From: Octopus bimaculoides | Lineage: Eukaryota | DNA length: 63,374 nt | Direction: 5' to 3' | Assembly: GCF_001194135.2 (NCBI RefSeq) | Contig: NC_068992.1 | Span: forward strand, 13,634,161-13,697,534 | The notes under the pieces: generated by a model | Databases searched by the model: none | What the model was told of the DNA's origin: nothing | What the model saw: the letters and a program-made list of their open reading frames with translations, nothing else | Shown: one piece after another, positions 28,891-41,910 of the stretch | Numbering within the stretch: position 1 is the first letter of the stretch | How the letters are laid out: every line of letters starts with the position of its first letter | Made by a program: the position numbers and the translations under genes

Positions 28891-30856
28891 CACATATTTA
28901 AAATTCCGGCCATAAGTGAATCTATTTCCTATACGTTGCCGTGTTTGTATTTATGTTGATATAATTGAATATGGTTGTTATTAAAATAGTTCAATAATTC
29001 AATAATTAAATATTATTGAATTATATGCAAGCTCTTCATTATGAACATTTACGCAATCTTTACAATTGATTGCTTAGTATTATAAGATAAATACAAACTT
29101 ATTCATAATTCATTACTGCTGTATTTTCCCACTAACATCTGTTATATTAAGAATTCTCGATCGGCACGTTTCGGGCGGTTATTGTCTCTGTTAGTTTATA
29201 TGTTTTCATTCCAGTGCGTTAACTACCACATTAGGGTGGTTTAACTCGTATATCTTATTATGTTACATTCATTCGTTATCCACTAAGGTCACAAATACCA
29301 GAATATAGAAATGGTTTAGATCGTATTGCTTCTTAATGTTCTTTTTGTAGCCGTTCGTGGACTGGAAATATTTTCTTAGTTTAAATTTCACTAAATTTGG
29401 ATCGATTGAAAACGTTGTGTTAAGATGCTTTCTCAGAAATATTAATTTCAATGTTATTTTCTATATCTATATATGTTGGTACAATAGAAAGAATAGTCAG
29501 GTTTCTAATAATGATATTCTTTGTACGTATTTCTGTTGCTAAATACTCTGAATTTCTCGAGGGACTAAATAAGTCAAAAACCAAAAAATATCTCTTTCAT
29601 GGATATATAATTATGGACAGAAGTCATCGTACTGTGGTGACTACATCGTGGTATGTTGATTCTTGTTTATTTTTATGTATCTTGACCATACGTGTACTGA
29701 TGAACAAAAGAATGCAGCTTACTTCACAGTTTTTCTGTATTTGAATGAGAAACCAGTGGTCTGCCGTTAAGTTAAATGTTTTTAGAGATTAATTTTGAAA
29801 GCTGCATTCCCTCGCTTCCGGTAAATATGTTGCTTATTTTTTGGTAGTTTTTAACTTATTCAGTCCCTCGAAGCGTGAGGCATTACTACACAGTTAATGC
29901 CCTTTATATATAAATTATATATTTGTGAAAAAAATGATGAATTGTTTTCATTATGAGGTTTTTTCACGCTGACTACTTGATAAATTCTTATAAAGAATTT
30001 ATCCTATATNNNNNNNNNNNNNNNNNNNNNNNNNNNNNNTATATTTGTACACACACATGCACTTAAACACACTCAAATATTTATATGTGTATATCTTAAA
30101 TATACGTGTTGTTATGTCGGTATATCCGTGTATATAGGACTGTTCAGATATCACTGAATTGGTAAATACCTATATACACGAATATGTCGTTGAGCGTAGT
30201 AAAAACTTCTTTTTTTTATCTTTATAATTATAACCGTATTTGGAATATGATGCAAATTAAATTTTACACCTATGAAATCTCCGTTACAATTCTTTTTTTT
30301 ATTTTTTATTTTTTTTTGTTCAAATCTGTGCATTGATTAGAAGGTACAAGTTATGAAATTAATTCAACGAAGAAAAAAAAAATGAATCATCGAAAAGTGT
30401 GTGAATAATTGATCAATGATTTTAAGAATTTATTATGTAAGCAATCATGAATCAATATGTAATATTGGTAATATACGATTACATCTTACAAGTGATAACT
30501 ATTTATGATAAGCTATCTGCCATATTTATTGAATTTTATTATGCAGATGTGAATGCAATAAAAAAAAAATGAAGTCGTTAGATTTTGTTTTCAGACAAAC
30601 CGTTTTAATTTAAGTATTTTTATCTTTTATCTGTTGTCATATATTTATACGTCATCTTCCTTTTAAAAAATCTATTACCACGGTTCGTTTAATATCTGTG
30701 TCTCACCTTGCTTATACTTTGACAAAAATAATTCCTCTCATGTTTTATATGAGATATGTTGTCTTTATTTTATGGAATCTAAATGCTAGGAATCTATGAA
30801 GTTGACATAGAGTGGGTGTATATCATAAATCAGTTGCACAATTCTGTTATCTAATA

Positions 30857-30936
<80 letters not shown>

Positions 30937-31199
30937 TCATCGAGAAACAAAAGTTAACATGAATATGCATAGCGCTGTATACTTTCTGTTGGCCGGTGAT
31001 GGTAAATTGGTTATAGCGCCTATCTCATAGTCGATTAAGCTTCTAGCCACGTGTGTACAGGCTCGGATACAAATAATGGCGCAAATGTGACAGTATGTTC
31101 CCAGTGGTTTTATTCAGTCCTGATGCACAACTCATACGAGGATGCGTTTATGTAGAAAATACATCACTTAACAGGATGTTTCATATCTTAACAAGATAC

Positions 31200-31200
31200 T

Positions 31201-31275
<75 letters not shown>

Positions 31276-31412
31276 TTACGTACGTATATACATACATACA
31301 TACATACATACGTATATATATATATATATACATACGTAGGTAGTTAGGTAGGTAGGTAGGTAGGTAGGTAGGTAGGTAGGTAGGTAGGTAGGTAGGTAGG
31401 TAGGTAGGTAGA
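31200..31412. repeat. Compound tetranucleotide microsatellite (AGAT)n, (ACAT)n, (TAGG)n
   Basis: Directly visible. Confidence 0.95.
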
Positions 31413-32009
31413 TATAGATAGTGAGAGGGAGAGAAAGATAGACAGACAGACGAACAGGCATCTATGCAGCTTTGTCGCCCAGTATAATAACCGGAAATGT
31501 TACTTAAATACAATACATACATGTATACTTTCTTCATAATAAATAGTGATTATATTAAAAAACAAAATGAAAACTAGTTTTCAAATTAAAATATATTAAG
31601 AAAAGAAAATAATGTAAAAGAATTTAGTCTACTATAATCTCAATACGTTGATATCAACAACAATAACACTGTTTATGAATTTATTAGAGTTCTGATATAT
31701 TATGTGAAATATCGAGACATCTTGAATATAGTCAAGTAACAGATGCTAAAATATTGTTAATATTGTTAAGAACATGTTTATTCGCTTAAGTACAAATCAT
31801 ATATGCTGAATGAATTTAATACATTTCTATAGTTGTGACGGCCTGTTGTTGGGTTCATTAAAATGTTTGAGATTTAAGAAATGAATCTGTAAACTGCACC
31901 GTCATCAAATGGGGTGTCTTTCTCTGGTTGCCTCAGTCTGTGTTTTAATTGCTATATATCAATTTGCATTTTGGTCTATATGTCTACTTGTAATATATAT
32001 TTAATTGAA

Positions 32010-32135
32010 GGCGATGAGCTGGCAGAAACGTTAGCACGCTGGGCGAAATGCTTAGCGTTATTTCGTCTGTCTTTACGTTTTGAGTTCAAATTGCACCAAA
32101 ATTTCCGGCCTTGTGACTACAATAGAAAACAATGT
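32010..32135 (+). mobile_element. SINE family A, head joined directly to tail
   Basis: Near-consensus head GAGCTGGCAGAAACGTTAGCACGCTGGGCGAAATGCTTAGCG..GAGTTCAAAT, immediately followed by the GGCCTTGTGACTACAATAG tail. Confidence 0.85.
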
Positions 32136-32236
32136 GTATTTGATTGAATTTAGTCTACTGAACGTAACAAAGTGTATTTTTCATCTAGGAAGTGTTCTGT
32201 CCATGCTCATTACCTCTGCTATACCATACTAGTGTC

Positions 32237-32392
32237 AAAATTTGGCACAAGTCCAGACCTTTACTGAGGGTGGGGTAAATCGACTTCAACCCTGAATGGC
32301 AAATTCAACTCCGGCAGCATTTGCACTTCACACATAAAGTCGGAAGAAGAGCCGCTAAGAATTTTGTCCGGCGTTGTAACGATTATGCCACC
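32237..32392 (-). mobile_element. SINE family A, diverged and internally deleted
   Basis: Minus strand reads GGCATAATCGTTA..CTTAGCGG..GTTGAATTTGCC..CTTGTGCCAAATTT. Confidence 0.65.
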
Positions 32393-33189
32393 CGTCGACA
32401 TACTCTGTTATACAATTTTGTAATCGAAACTGTTCGATAATAGATATACCACCATTGTTTATTTGTGTGTTTTGAGGGAAATTTCTTAGCTATTTTTATC
32501 AGATCCTGCAACGATATGTGATTCTACATTGAGTCAAACTTCTCCGGACAACATTTTGTCACATAAAATTAACCACAAAAGGCAGAGAGTTTCTTTGTCC
32601 TCGAAATGACTTATAAAGCAACAACAAATTGAAGAACCGAAAGAAATCTGTAAATAAATTTTGCGAATGAGATGAAATTTAAAAAGAACATTTTATGCAA
32701 GCACCTAAATAAGTAAGTCTACAGTTGTGCTCCCATTCTTTTAAGGAGACTAAAAATATACACTATTATTTAGCAACTGCGCACACGATTTCAAGTTCCA
32801 AACTTAATACTTTAGGAAAGATATTATCTTAGTTTGCAGTTGTAGGGCAAGCAGATAGGAAAAACTAGAAAGGAACATTTCCAATCAAGGTTATACATGA
32901 CATGATAAATTAAGTTTTCAAACAACAGAAAAACAATAAACTAATGGACGACTATAATACTATAAGCGTAGCTTCAAAAGAAGAGAAAAAGTTTGTTCAA
33001 AGACATCGAACGTTAGAGGAAAATGAAAAGCGAAACATGGTAATCGAATTGTGTTCGTTGATAATGCAATGTATTAACACTAGCCTTAATGAAGCTGAAA
33101 TTCTCAGAACTACCGCAGTTCATTAGCAGTTAGAGTAATTTACATAATAAATAAATAAATAAATAATATGTACCCACACGCACACACAC

Positions 33190-33222
<33 letters not shown>

Positions 33223-35231
33223 CATATATACATATATGTACACACACACATATATATTTACAACTATGTAAGTATATATCTATATCTTGATACACACAGA
33301 TATATGCATATATATANNNNNNNNNNNNNNNNNNNNNNNNNNNNNNNNNNNNNNNNNNNNNNNNNNNNNNNNNNNNNNNNNNNNNNNNNNNNNNNNNNNN
33401 NNNNNNNNNNNNNNNNNNNNNNNNNNNNNNNNNNNNNNNNNNNNNNNNNNNNNNNNNNNNNNNNNNNNNNNNNNNNNNNNNNNNNNNNNNNNNNNNNNNN
33501 NNNNNNNNNNNNNNNNNNNNNNNNNNNNNNNNNNNNNNNNNNNNNNNNNNNNNNNNNNNNNNNNNNNNNNNNNNNNNNNNNNNNNNNNNNNNNNNNNNNN
33601 NNNNNNNNNNNNNNNNNNNNNNNNNNNNNNNNNNNNNNNNNNNNNNNNNNNNNNNNNNNNNNNNNNNNNNNNNNNNNNNNNNNNNNNNNNNNNNNNNNNN
33701 NNNNNNNNNNNNNNNNNNNNNNNNNNNNNNNNNNNNNNNNNNNNNNNNNNNNNNNNNNNNNNNNNNNNNNNNNNNNNNNNNNNNNNNNNNNNNNNNNNNN
33801 NNNNNNNNNNNNNNNNNNNNNNNNNNNNNNNNNNNNNNNNNNNNNNNNNNNNNNNNNNNNNNNNNNNNNNNNNNNNNNNNNNNNNNNNNNNNNNNNNNNN
33901 NNNNNNNNNNNNNNNNNNNNNNNNNNNNNNNNNNNNNNNNNNNNNNNNNNNNNNNNNNNNNNNATATATATAAGGAGAGGGAGAGAGAGAGACATCAAAT
34001 TGGGACTTACCTAATTGGTTTTGTTTCATTTGAATTGATAATTAGATCTCGTTCTTAGCTTAAGGTCTAAATTGAGTGAACATTCAGAAAAGAATATCAG
34101 TTAAACTAACTGTATTTTACATGTTAGAACTTCAGTAAAAATATAGGATATTTCTAAGTTCGCATTCATCAGTTGGATGCGCACGTTGTTGTTAATCGTA
34201 TAACATCAAAGTTCAAAGTACTTTTCAAAAAATAATCACATCTCCTAGCCGAATTATTTTCAGTTCAAACAGCCCAATCAGCTTAATTTTAAGTAGGTAC
34301 AACAGCTTATGAAAACTTTTATTCTGAAAAATTTCGTGCAGTATGAAATTAACGAAACTATTACGAGTTTATAATATTGCTACACAGTTCCTGCGGTGCA
34401 AGAGCTGGGTCACTCTAAGGAATATAAGACTTCTCCGAAGTTTTTACTTCTAAATATCCATAGTTAAACATAGACTGCCTCAGGTTGGCAATATCTTAAA
34501 TTATAGATAGCATTTTAAAAAATAAAAATAGTAAAATCTTATTATAAAACTCTTAATAAACTCTTGAGTTAAGACCACATGGAATTAATCGATGTCTCTA
34601 TAATTATTGATATAGTTGACTGTATCATCTACAACACCACATTGTAAATTCAATTATCCAAGTATCTATATGTACTTGATTAAGAATATCAAGAAGGTCA
34701 CGTAATTTAATTAATTTATTTAATTGGGCGTATGCACTTAATTAAAATTACAACATCCTACAATATTAATTAAAATATCAGTAAAGCTGCTTGCGCATTA
34801 CTTGAAATTTATGTTAATTTTCTTGAATAGTTTACAGTGCTACGATAGTTAAATCTATTAGCCAGTGTAATATAATCTCCAATGAATTATTCAGAGATAA
34901 TATGGAGTTTATATGTTTTATCTGCAATATAGTACACAAAGAAGTAGAAGTATTATTCATATATATATATAATCTACTGCGCCAGGAGCAGAAGAAGCAC
35001 GCTAAAATGTACAACGAGTTTGTTGAAAGGAAAAAGCGATTTTAAAGTTTCCAACATTTACTCGTATAAAATGTTTAGAATATAAAATGCGATGTGCATT
35101 GCGGATAGCTATGGAATAGGAACTCTCAATTCGTATAACAAGGAAAACTTCGAAAAGATCAGCAATGAACGGAAGAGTAATGAGAAGGTGAAAAATAACA
35201 ATAACGTTCACGATTATAAACCTTTTTACTA

Positions 35232-35388
35232 TAGGCACAAGGCCTGAAAATTGGTGGGAGAACGATAGTCGATTAAGGATTAAAGGCAAAGTCGACCTGA
35301 ACAGAATTTGAACTCAGAACGTAAAGACAGACAAAATACCGCTAAGCATTTCGCCCGCCGTGCTAACGAGTCTGCCAGCTCGCCGCCT
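35232..35388 (-). mobile_element. SINE family A, internally deleted
   Basis: Near-consensus head (GGCGGCGAGCTGGCAGACTCGTTAGCACGG..GAGTTCAAATTC). The central GGGGTCGAT domain is missing. Confidence 0.85.
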
Positions 35389-35559
35389 TTGACGTTGATG
35401 ATAATAATAAAAATTATCACACTTATGAAGATCGTTATTCTAACCATTTTCAACCGAAGAAATGGAGTTTCTCAGAAGGATCTCTGGTGTGAAGTCAGTC
35501 GATAAGGGATGAGTGAGCGTGACCAGGCCGGCACCCTATATTTTCAGTGCTACAAACAT

Positions 35560-35810
35560 GAGATTAGCATTTCACAGAATTGAATTGCAAGACGGATTCT
35601 TCAGGCCAAACAGCGGGTAAGAGACCTATGAGTAGAGCAGCAATAAGATCGTAGCGTATATATTTATCGTCCCACTTGGTCGCGCGTCAGAATACAGCTG
35701 GAAAATCTGATGACGTTGCTTCTGATCCAATTAGATCCTATGAAGAGGTGTCTAAGGAGTCTACCCGGCCAAGACTGTCCCGGGAATAGTGAGTGGAGAA
35801 GAAGGAAGGA
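35560..35810 (+). mobile_element. RTE-clade LINE 3' terminal fragment
   Basis: Frameshifted peptide IARRILQAK..GKRPMSR..YIYRPTWSRVRIQLENL resembles RTE C-termini (P.GKRPRGRPR.RW.DYI..L.W.RLG). A GAAG-rich tail follows. Confidence 0.55.
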
Positions 35811-35862
35811 GAGAGGGATTGATGCACGGAAGAAATTCAGAAACATCCTGATTACAACGAAA

Positions 35863-35864
<2 letters not shown>

Positions 35865-35919
<55 letters not shown>

Positions 35920-35938
35920 AAATAACAGCAGCAGCAGG

Positions 35939-35973
<35 letters not shown>

Positions 35974-35985
35974 TAGTAGTAGTAA
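35865..35985. repeat. Compound (TAG)n/(CAG)n microsatellite
   Basis: Directly visible. Confidence 0.95.
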
Positions 35986-36465
35986 TTATCGTTGTTGCTG
36001 TTATTGTTGTTAATGTTTTATTTACAGTAGCAGAATTATTTGCACCATAACAGGATACGCAGTGTGGATGGGGCACGAAAAGTGTATATAGTGTCAACGC
36101 TTAGGAGAACAACACCAGGGGAATATAAAAAGCAGGAGGACTTAAAACAAAACGAAATAGAAAAGCAGAAACAGCATTTATAGTAAAAGAGGACGGTAGA
36201 TATAACATGATTGCTGTGTTACATGCTACACTCCGAGAAATCTTGGACACGAACACAATATTCCTATATTCAAATACTTTCATTGTAAACATGGATTCTC
36301 TAACAGAAGTGGCTTTACGCGAGTTGCATAGTTCCTTTTAATGTATGGATGTTAAGAAGAAGATTCTTGTTTTAAATATAAAGAAATATTATTTACAACC
36401 TCACTATTTCTCTTTCACTTACATGCTCACACACAAGCTCACATTTATAGATTGACACATGCATT

Positions 36466-36521
<56 letters not shown>

Positions 36522-38238
36522 TAGATAAATATCTCAGCATGTATACATATATATGTGTGTGTGTGTATATATTTATGTATATATATATATATATGTCTAT
36601 AACTTTATGTATGCATATATAGATAGGCAAATAGATAGCTAAATGGATGGATGTAAAATAGATAGTCAGATAGATAGATAGATAGATAGATACAGCAGCA
36701 CATAAGCAGATAAACGTTCCTTTACCGTTTTCCTCTCTTTCTATTTAACATGTAAAATAAATTGAAGTAAGAGTTTCAAAAGACATCACCATTATTCATC
36801 GGATTTTCAATTACATCTTTCTCCTCACTTCTCATTTCTTTTTTTCTTATCTAGATAAAATCTAATTCAGCAACTGTAATTGTTGGGGAGGCATAATCAA
36901 AAATATATGCAAATAACACTTTTGAGAAGTTAATAAGTTTTCTGTTTTTTCTTTCTCTCTCTCTCTCCCTCTCCCTCTCTCTGTCTCTTCTATTGATTGT
37001 ATGTGCTTCTGTGCGTGTGCTTGTGTCTGTAATCAATGGGTTAAAGTGTTTTAAACAATGGCAAAATTTCATATATATTTTTTGCAATCTGCTTGGTATT
37101 CAATTCACTGACATATATGCATACATGTTTTTATGTGCGCTCACGCACAAATACCGAAACACACACACACACACACACAATCACACACATACACACAACA
37201 TACATACATACACATATTTCAATATGTGTATGAGTATTTGTCTATAGTAATGTATTTCTTTCATCTAATTTATCCACGTCTCCTTCTCTGTCTCTCTATT
37301 TCCTATATATGCGTGTATTTGTGTGTGTATGTGTGCATGTATCTGCCAATGCATACATGTATGAGGTACAGATTTAAATATATACGCATTTATATATAAA
37401 TAGTGTTTGTTTCAACAAAAAGCATTTAATTGCATATTTCGAAAATAAAAGCTAGGCAAGGTATTCTGCAACATCAATGCAAAATTGCGAAAGGTATCAA
37501 TCAATACAAATTTGTAAATGAAAAACAAAAATTAATATAATCAAAGAAAGCAACAAAGAAAATATCTGTGTAGAATTACAAAAGATATTGCTAAGTTTCT
37601 TATGAAATATATTCCGCAGGTTAAGAAACTTAATGATTTTAACTCTGTAAGTTTTATGTTTATTACACACATACTTCTGAGTTTATTGGAATTTTGCAAT
37701 TTTCTGTAATAAAATTTTTCAAAAGGTTCTTTGCTTCTATTAATATAAAACTTTGTAAATTTTTATGCTTTGGTCTTGTTAAATTGTTGATTTTTCTCCC
37801 CAAATTTGTTTGGTTCTTATATTAACCAATCTAATTACCCGTACAAAAGAAATTTATTTACAAAATATGTATTTTCTCTTTTCTCAAGCACACACACACA
37901 CAGAAATGCCTTCATATTCACAAATAATCGCACCAACGCGTTAATACACAATCACACGTGCATACGCCCAGTCTCAGATATAAACCTGTAATTATTTCTT
38001 TAATGTCAGTTTGAAAGGGTCGGTGGTTTAATCGTAATAATATTACGTTAATCGAAGCAAATCTCCAGGATATTATATTACCCATCGTCCATAGTCAAAT
38101 ACAGTGAGTTAGATGAAATAAAGTAAATAATCTTATTCAGAAAGAAATGAATAAAGTGAATGCAAATTAACAAAATATATATGGAAGTGCAATGGCGTAG
38201 CCAGTGTGTGGAAATATATTCTGACATAAAGGCAGACC

Positions 38239-38290
<52 letters not shown>

Positions 38291-38389
38291 NNNNNNNNNN
38301 NNNNNNNNNNNNNNNNNNNNNNNNNNNNNNNNNNNNNNNNNNNNNNNNNNNNNNNNNNNNNNNNNNNNNNNNNNNNNNNNNNNNNNNNN

Positions 38390-38445
<56 letters not shown>

Positions 38446-39200
38446 ACTCTCTCACTCTCTCTTTTCTGTGTCTGCAGAATATCTACTTCTAACGATTACT
38501 GCTGCAGATTGATCTACTACTTCTATTCCGTTGTGCAGGTTCTGTCACCCATCCTACTATTGTCTCTGTTCTAGGGGTTATAGAATGATAAATTCTCTGC
38601 TTAGAAGTTAACTATTCCTGTTTTGTTATACTGCACAATGCCTATGATAGCAGACAGAAAGCAGAGAGGCTGCATGAATTGCAAACAAAGACCAAGATAA
38701 ATTACCAGCTATGTGTATGACCAGGTGATGACAACCATGATTACTGATTTAAAGGCTCTTTAGAACCTGAGGCCTACATATACTGCTCATAGCTTTCTCT
38801 CATACCATTTGCAAATGAACTGCATCAGTGGTCATGTGATAATAAACGTGGAGGCAATTTTGGCATCAATTAATAAATGTTTAAGTGAAGTTAACAGTAT
38901 ATTGAGCGTGTGTGTTCTTTCTTTTAACTTTTCTTTTTTTTTAGTTAATATGTGTCTTCCACAGTCTCAGATAAAATCATTTACCGGACAAGCACATCTC
39001 TTAAAATGATAAGAGGAGCATCTAGCGCTATGTCGTATGATACCCTTAACAAACAACCTATATTTATATATCATCTTACTTATAAATATTCACATTATAG
39101 TGGAGCATATTTGGGACGAGCTATTTTATATTGCCTTTACAGCAACAACAACAACAACAATAACAATAATAATAATAATTATTATTATTATTATTATTAT

Positions 39201-39790
39201 TTTATGTTTGACTTTTGTTTTGCATTTGTACAAGTTGGATCCAAGTCTCACCCAGAGACCTCAAGAGACAACAAGTTAGAAGTTCATGTAGGTGTTATGC
39301 CTAGGGTACCATATATTTGGATTTGTACAGTTTTGTTCAAGTGAATGTTTAAGAAACCATAAGAAAATTATGTGTTTGCTTTAAAATTTGAGATCACATA
39401 GACAGTATTTTACGTAGGATATGGGCAGTTCCCATGAGCACTATCTTTTGAACTTCAGCCATTTTGGGGTTTCCTGGTATCTGAGCTAGGTAGTAATCAG
39501 CCCGTTTCGCTNNNNNNNNNNNNNNNNNNNNNNNNNNNNNNNNNNNNNNNNNNNNNNNNNNNNNNNNNNNNNNNNNNNNNNNNNNNNNNNNNNNNNNNNN
39601 NNNNNNNNNNNNNNNNNNNNNNNNNNNNNNNNNNNNNNNNNNNNNNNNNNNNNNNNNNNNNNNNNNNNNNNNNNNNNNNNNNNNATTCCCAGGGCACCTA
39701 TGACAATAGGTATTGTTTTCGTCTTCAGATTCCACATTTTGCTAATTTCTATTTCAACATCTTTATATTTGCTCAGTTTTTGGTAGGTCT
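39201..39790 (-). mobile_element. R4/Dong-clade element 3' fragment (copy A)
   Basis: KLSKYKDVEIEISKMWNLKTKTIPIVIGALG[gap]AKRADYYLAQIPGNPKMAEVQKIVLMGTAHILRKILSM*. Its 3' UTR (39215-39350) is clearly homologous to 40340-40450. (TTA)n lies on both sides. Confidence 0.85.
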
Positions 39791-39803
39791 TTATTATTAT
39801 TAC

Positions 39804-39894
<91 letters not shown>

Positions 39895-39895
39895 T
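39791..39895. repeat. (TTA)n microsatellite between Dong fragments
   Basis: Directly visible. Further TTA/CAT arrays lie at 39170-39200 and 40195-40327. Confidence 0.97.
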
Positions 39896-40190
39896 TCTTT
39901 GCAGAGCTTCTAACGCTGGAGATGTACTATGGTGTCAGCTCTTCTCTACTAGGTGTTTCAACAGTCACTGGTATTGTAACCGTCTTGAGATACCACAGTG
40001 TTTTGAAAACTTTATATCTTCACGAAAACTTTATACTTTCTGAGCTTATGAACTTCTTTTGCCGAGATATTATGATCACAAGGTATGCTCATGTCAATTA
40101 ATAAACAGATTTTATTGTTTTGGTCTTTTACAACAATACGTGGTATGTGGTTAATTATCTTTGTACGTACCGCAAAGTCCCAAAGAACCG

Positions 40191-40194
<4 letters not shown>
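39896..40194 (-). mobile_element. R4/Dong-like RLE-domain fragment (copy B, more diverged)
   Basis: Minus-strand KTVLWDFAVRTKIINHIPRIVVKDQNNKICLLIDMSIP..KLRKYK..LWYLKTVTIPVTV, bounded by (TTA)n arrays on both sides. Confidence 0.7.
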
Positions 40195-40242
<48 letters not shown>

Positions 40243-40328
40243 GTGTTTATTATCATTATATTATCATTATCATCATCATCATCATCATCATTATTATTAT
40301 TATTATTATTATTACTATTATTATTATT

Positions 40329-41512
40329 TGTTTGGCTTTTGTATTTGTACAAGTTGACACGAAGTCTCACCGAGAGATCTCAAGAGACAACAAGTTAGAA
40401 GTTCAAGTTGGTATTATGCCTAGGCTGCCATATATTTGGTTTGCACAGAATATTGTTCTAGAGAATGTCTGTCGAAACATAAGCAAATTAGAAGTTTATT
40501 TTCAAAGTAATTTGATTATAAGATGATAGTCTGATGTTAAGATGAATGTAAAAACTGTTGGCTGTTATGTACATTTAAACGTATTTTGACACTGTTTACG
40601 GAATAAAATATTTGGGGATTACATAGATAATATTTTATGTAGGCTATGGGCATTTCCCATGAGAACAGTCTTTTAAAATTTCTTTTTTATTTAGTCTTTA
40701 GGTCCCACATTTTGCCAATTTCTATTTCAAGACCTTTATACTTGCTCAGTTTTTGGTCGATTGGAACAGTCATATCGATGAGGAGACATGATTTTTGCCT
40801 GCAATCCTTCAATATAGTGTCTGGCCTATTTTCATCTATCTTTCTGTCAGATTGAACAGTGAAGTTTCAAAGCAGTGAGATGTGATCAGTTTCAAGCGCT
40901 GGAGTTGGTTGGTATTCCCACCAGTTTGTTTCTGTTCTCATGTGGAAGGTTCAGGTCTTTGCAAATTACATAGTGAGTATACCGTATTGCTCTATCATGC
41001 CTGTTGAGATACTATGTAGGCGCAAGAAGACTGTACATGGAGACATCATGATCAATGGTTTTATTTTGTTTTTTTACATACACAACATGTTGGGCTACTG
41101 CCGTTCTTTACGATGTTAGCCCGATAGCTTCTTGCAGGTTGGCATAGATCTTGAGTTGATATGATAAATCCTTCTGTATTGATTGCTTCGATCCTGTTTT
41201 TGCATTCCACGCTGTCTTGAGTATTGCGATAGCATTCTTTTCTGATCTTTTCGCTCATCTTTGAATGTTTGATGCCATCACTTTCAAATATTTGATTCCA
41301 TCACCCAGGTATCTGTAGCTCTTCGCTGCTTCTAACTCCCTTATGACATTCTGTTGGTCAAGATTAATGTTGGATGTTTCTATCATTTTTCCTCTGATAA
41401 AGGTAGCTTTTGAACATTTATCAAGGCCAAATTCAATCCTGATGTCATCACAGAACTGTAGTTGTTAGTCAGTTTTTGCATAGAGCTATAAATCATCCAT
41501 ATAAAAGACGTC
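40329..41512 (-). mobile_element. R4/Dong-clade RLE non-LTR retrotransposon, 5'-truncated and decayed (copy C)
   Basis: Minus-strand translation: FYMDDL*LYAK (RT), FGLDKCSK, YRYLG, INTEGFII..QD, CCVCK..TIDH (decayed CCHC), NRPDTILKD..CLLIDM (RLE), KLSKYKGLEIEI, KTVLMGNAHSLHKILSM* (stop 40619-40621). Then a 3' UTR ending in (TAA)n. Confidence 0.85.
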
Positions 41513-41619
41513 ATTTATATTTTCATCAAAACTTTTACAGCCATCTTGTACATCATCGAGCATTTTTTTTCAAAATTAACTCCATAGAATATTCTAGTAA
41601 CTCCATAGAATATCGTCAT

Positions 41620-41779
41620 CAACATTATCCTCCTCCCCCTCATTATCATCATCATCATCGTCATCTTGAACCCCGTTTTCGTTATCATCATCATCATCAT
41701 CATCATCATTGTCATCTTCATCGTAGTTATCATCATCATCATCATCATCATCATCTTCATCGTCGTTATAATCATCATT

Positions 41780-41812
<33 letters not shown>

Positions 41813-41910
41813 TTCATTATCATCGTTGTTATCACCATCATCGTCATCATCATCATCACGATTCTCATCACCACCATAATCATCACCATCAGCATCATCA
41901 TCTTCATATC
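41620..41910. repeat. Degenerate (CAT)n array
   Basis: Directly visible. It explains the poly-H, poly-M and poly-I ORFs. Confidence 0.95.

Noticed and set aside
36020-36340. Protein-like + frames (GEYKKQEDLKQNEIEKQKQHL) and TATAAAAAG
   Set aside because: Purine-rich composition explains the peptide. There is no recognisable domain, splice pair or LTR ends.
39780-40526. Poly-Y, poly-I, poly-L and poly-N ORFs
   Set aside because: These are (TTA)n microsatellite read-through on the antisense strand of Dong fragments.
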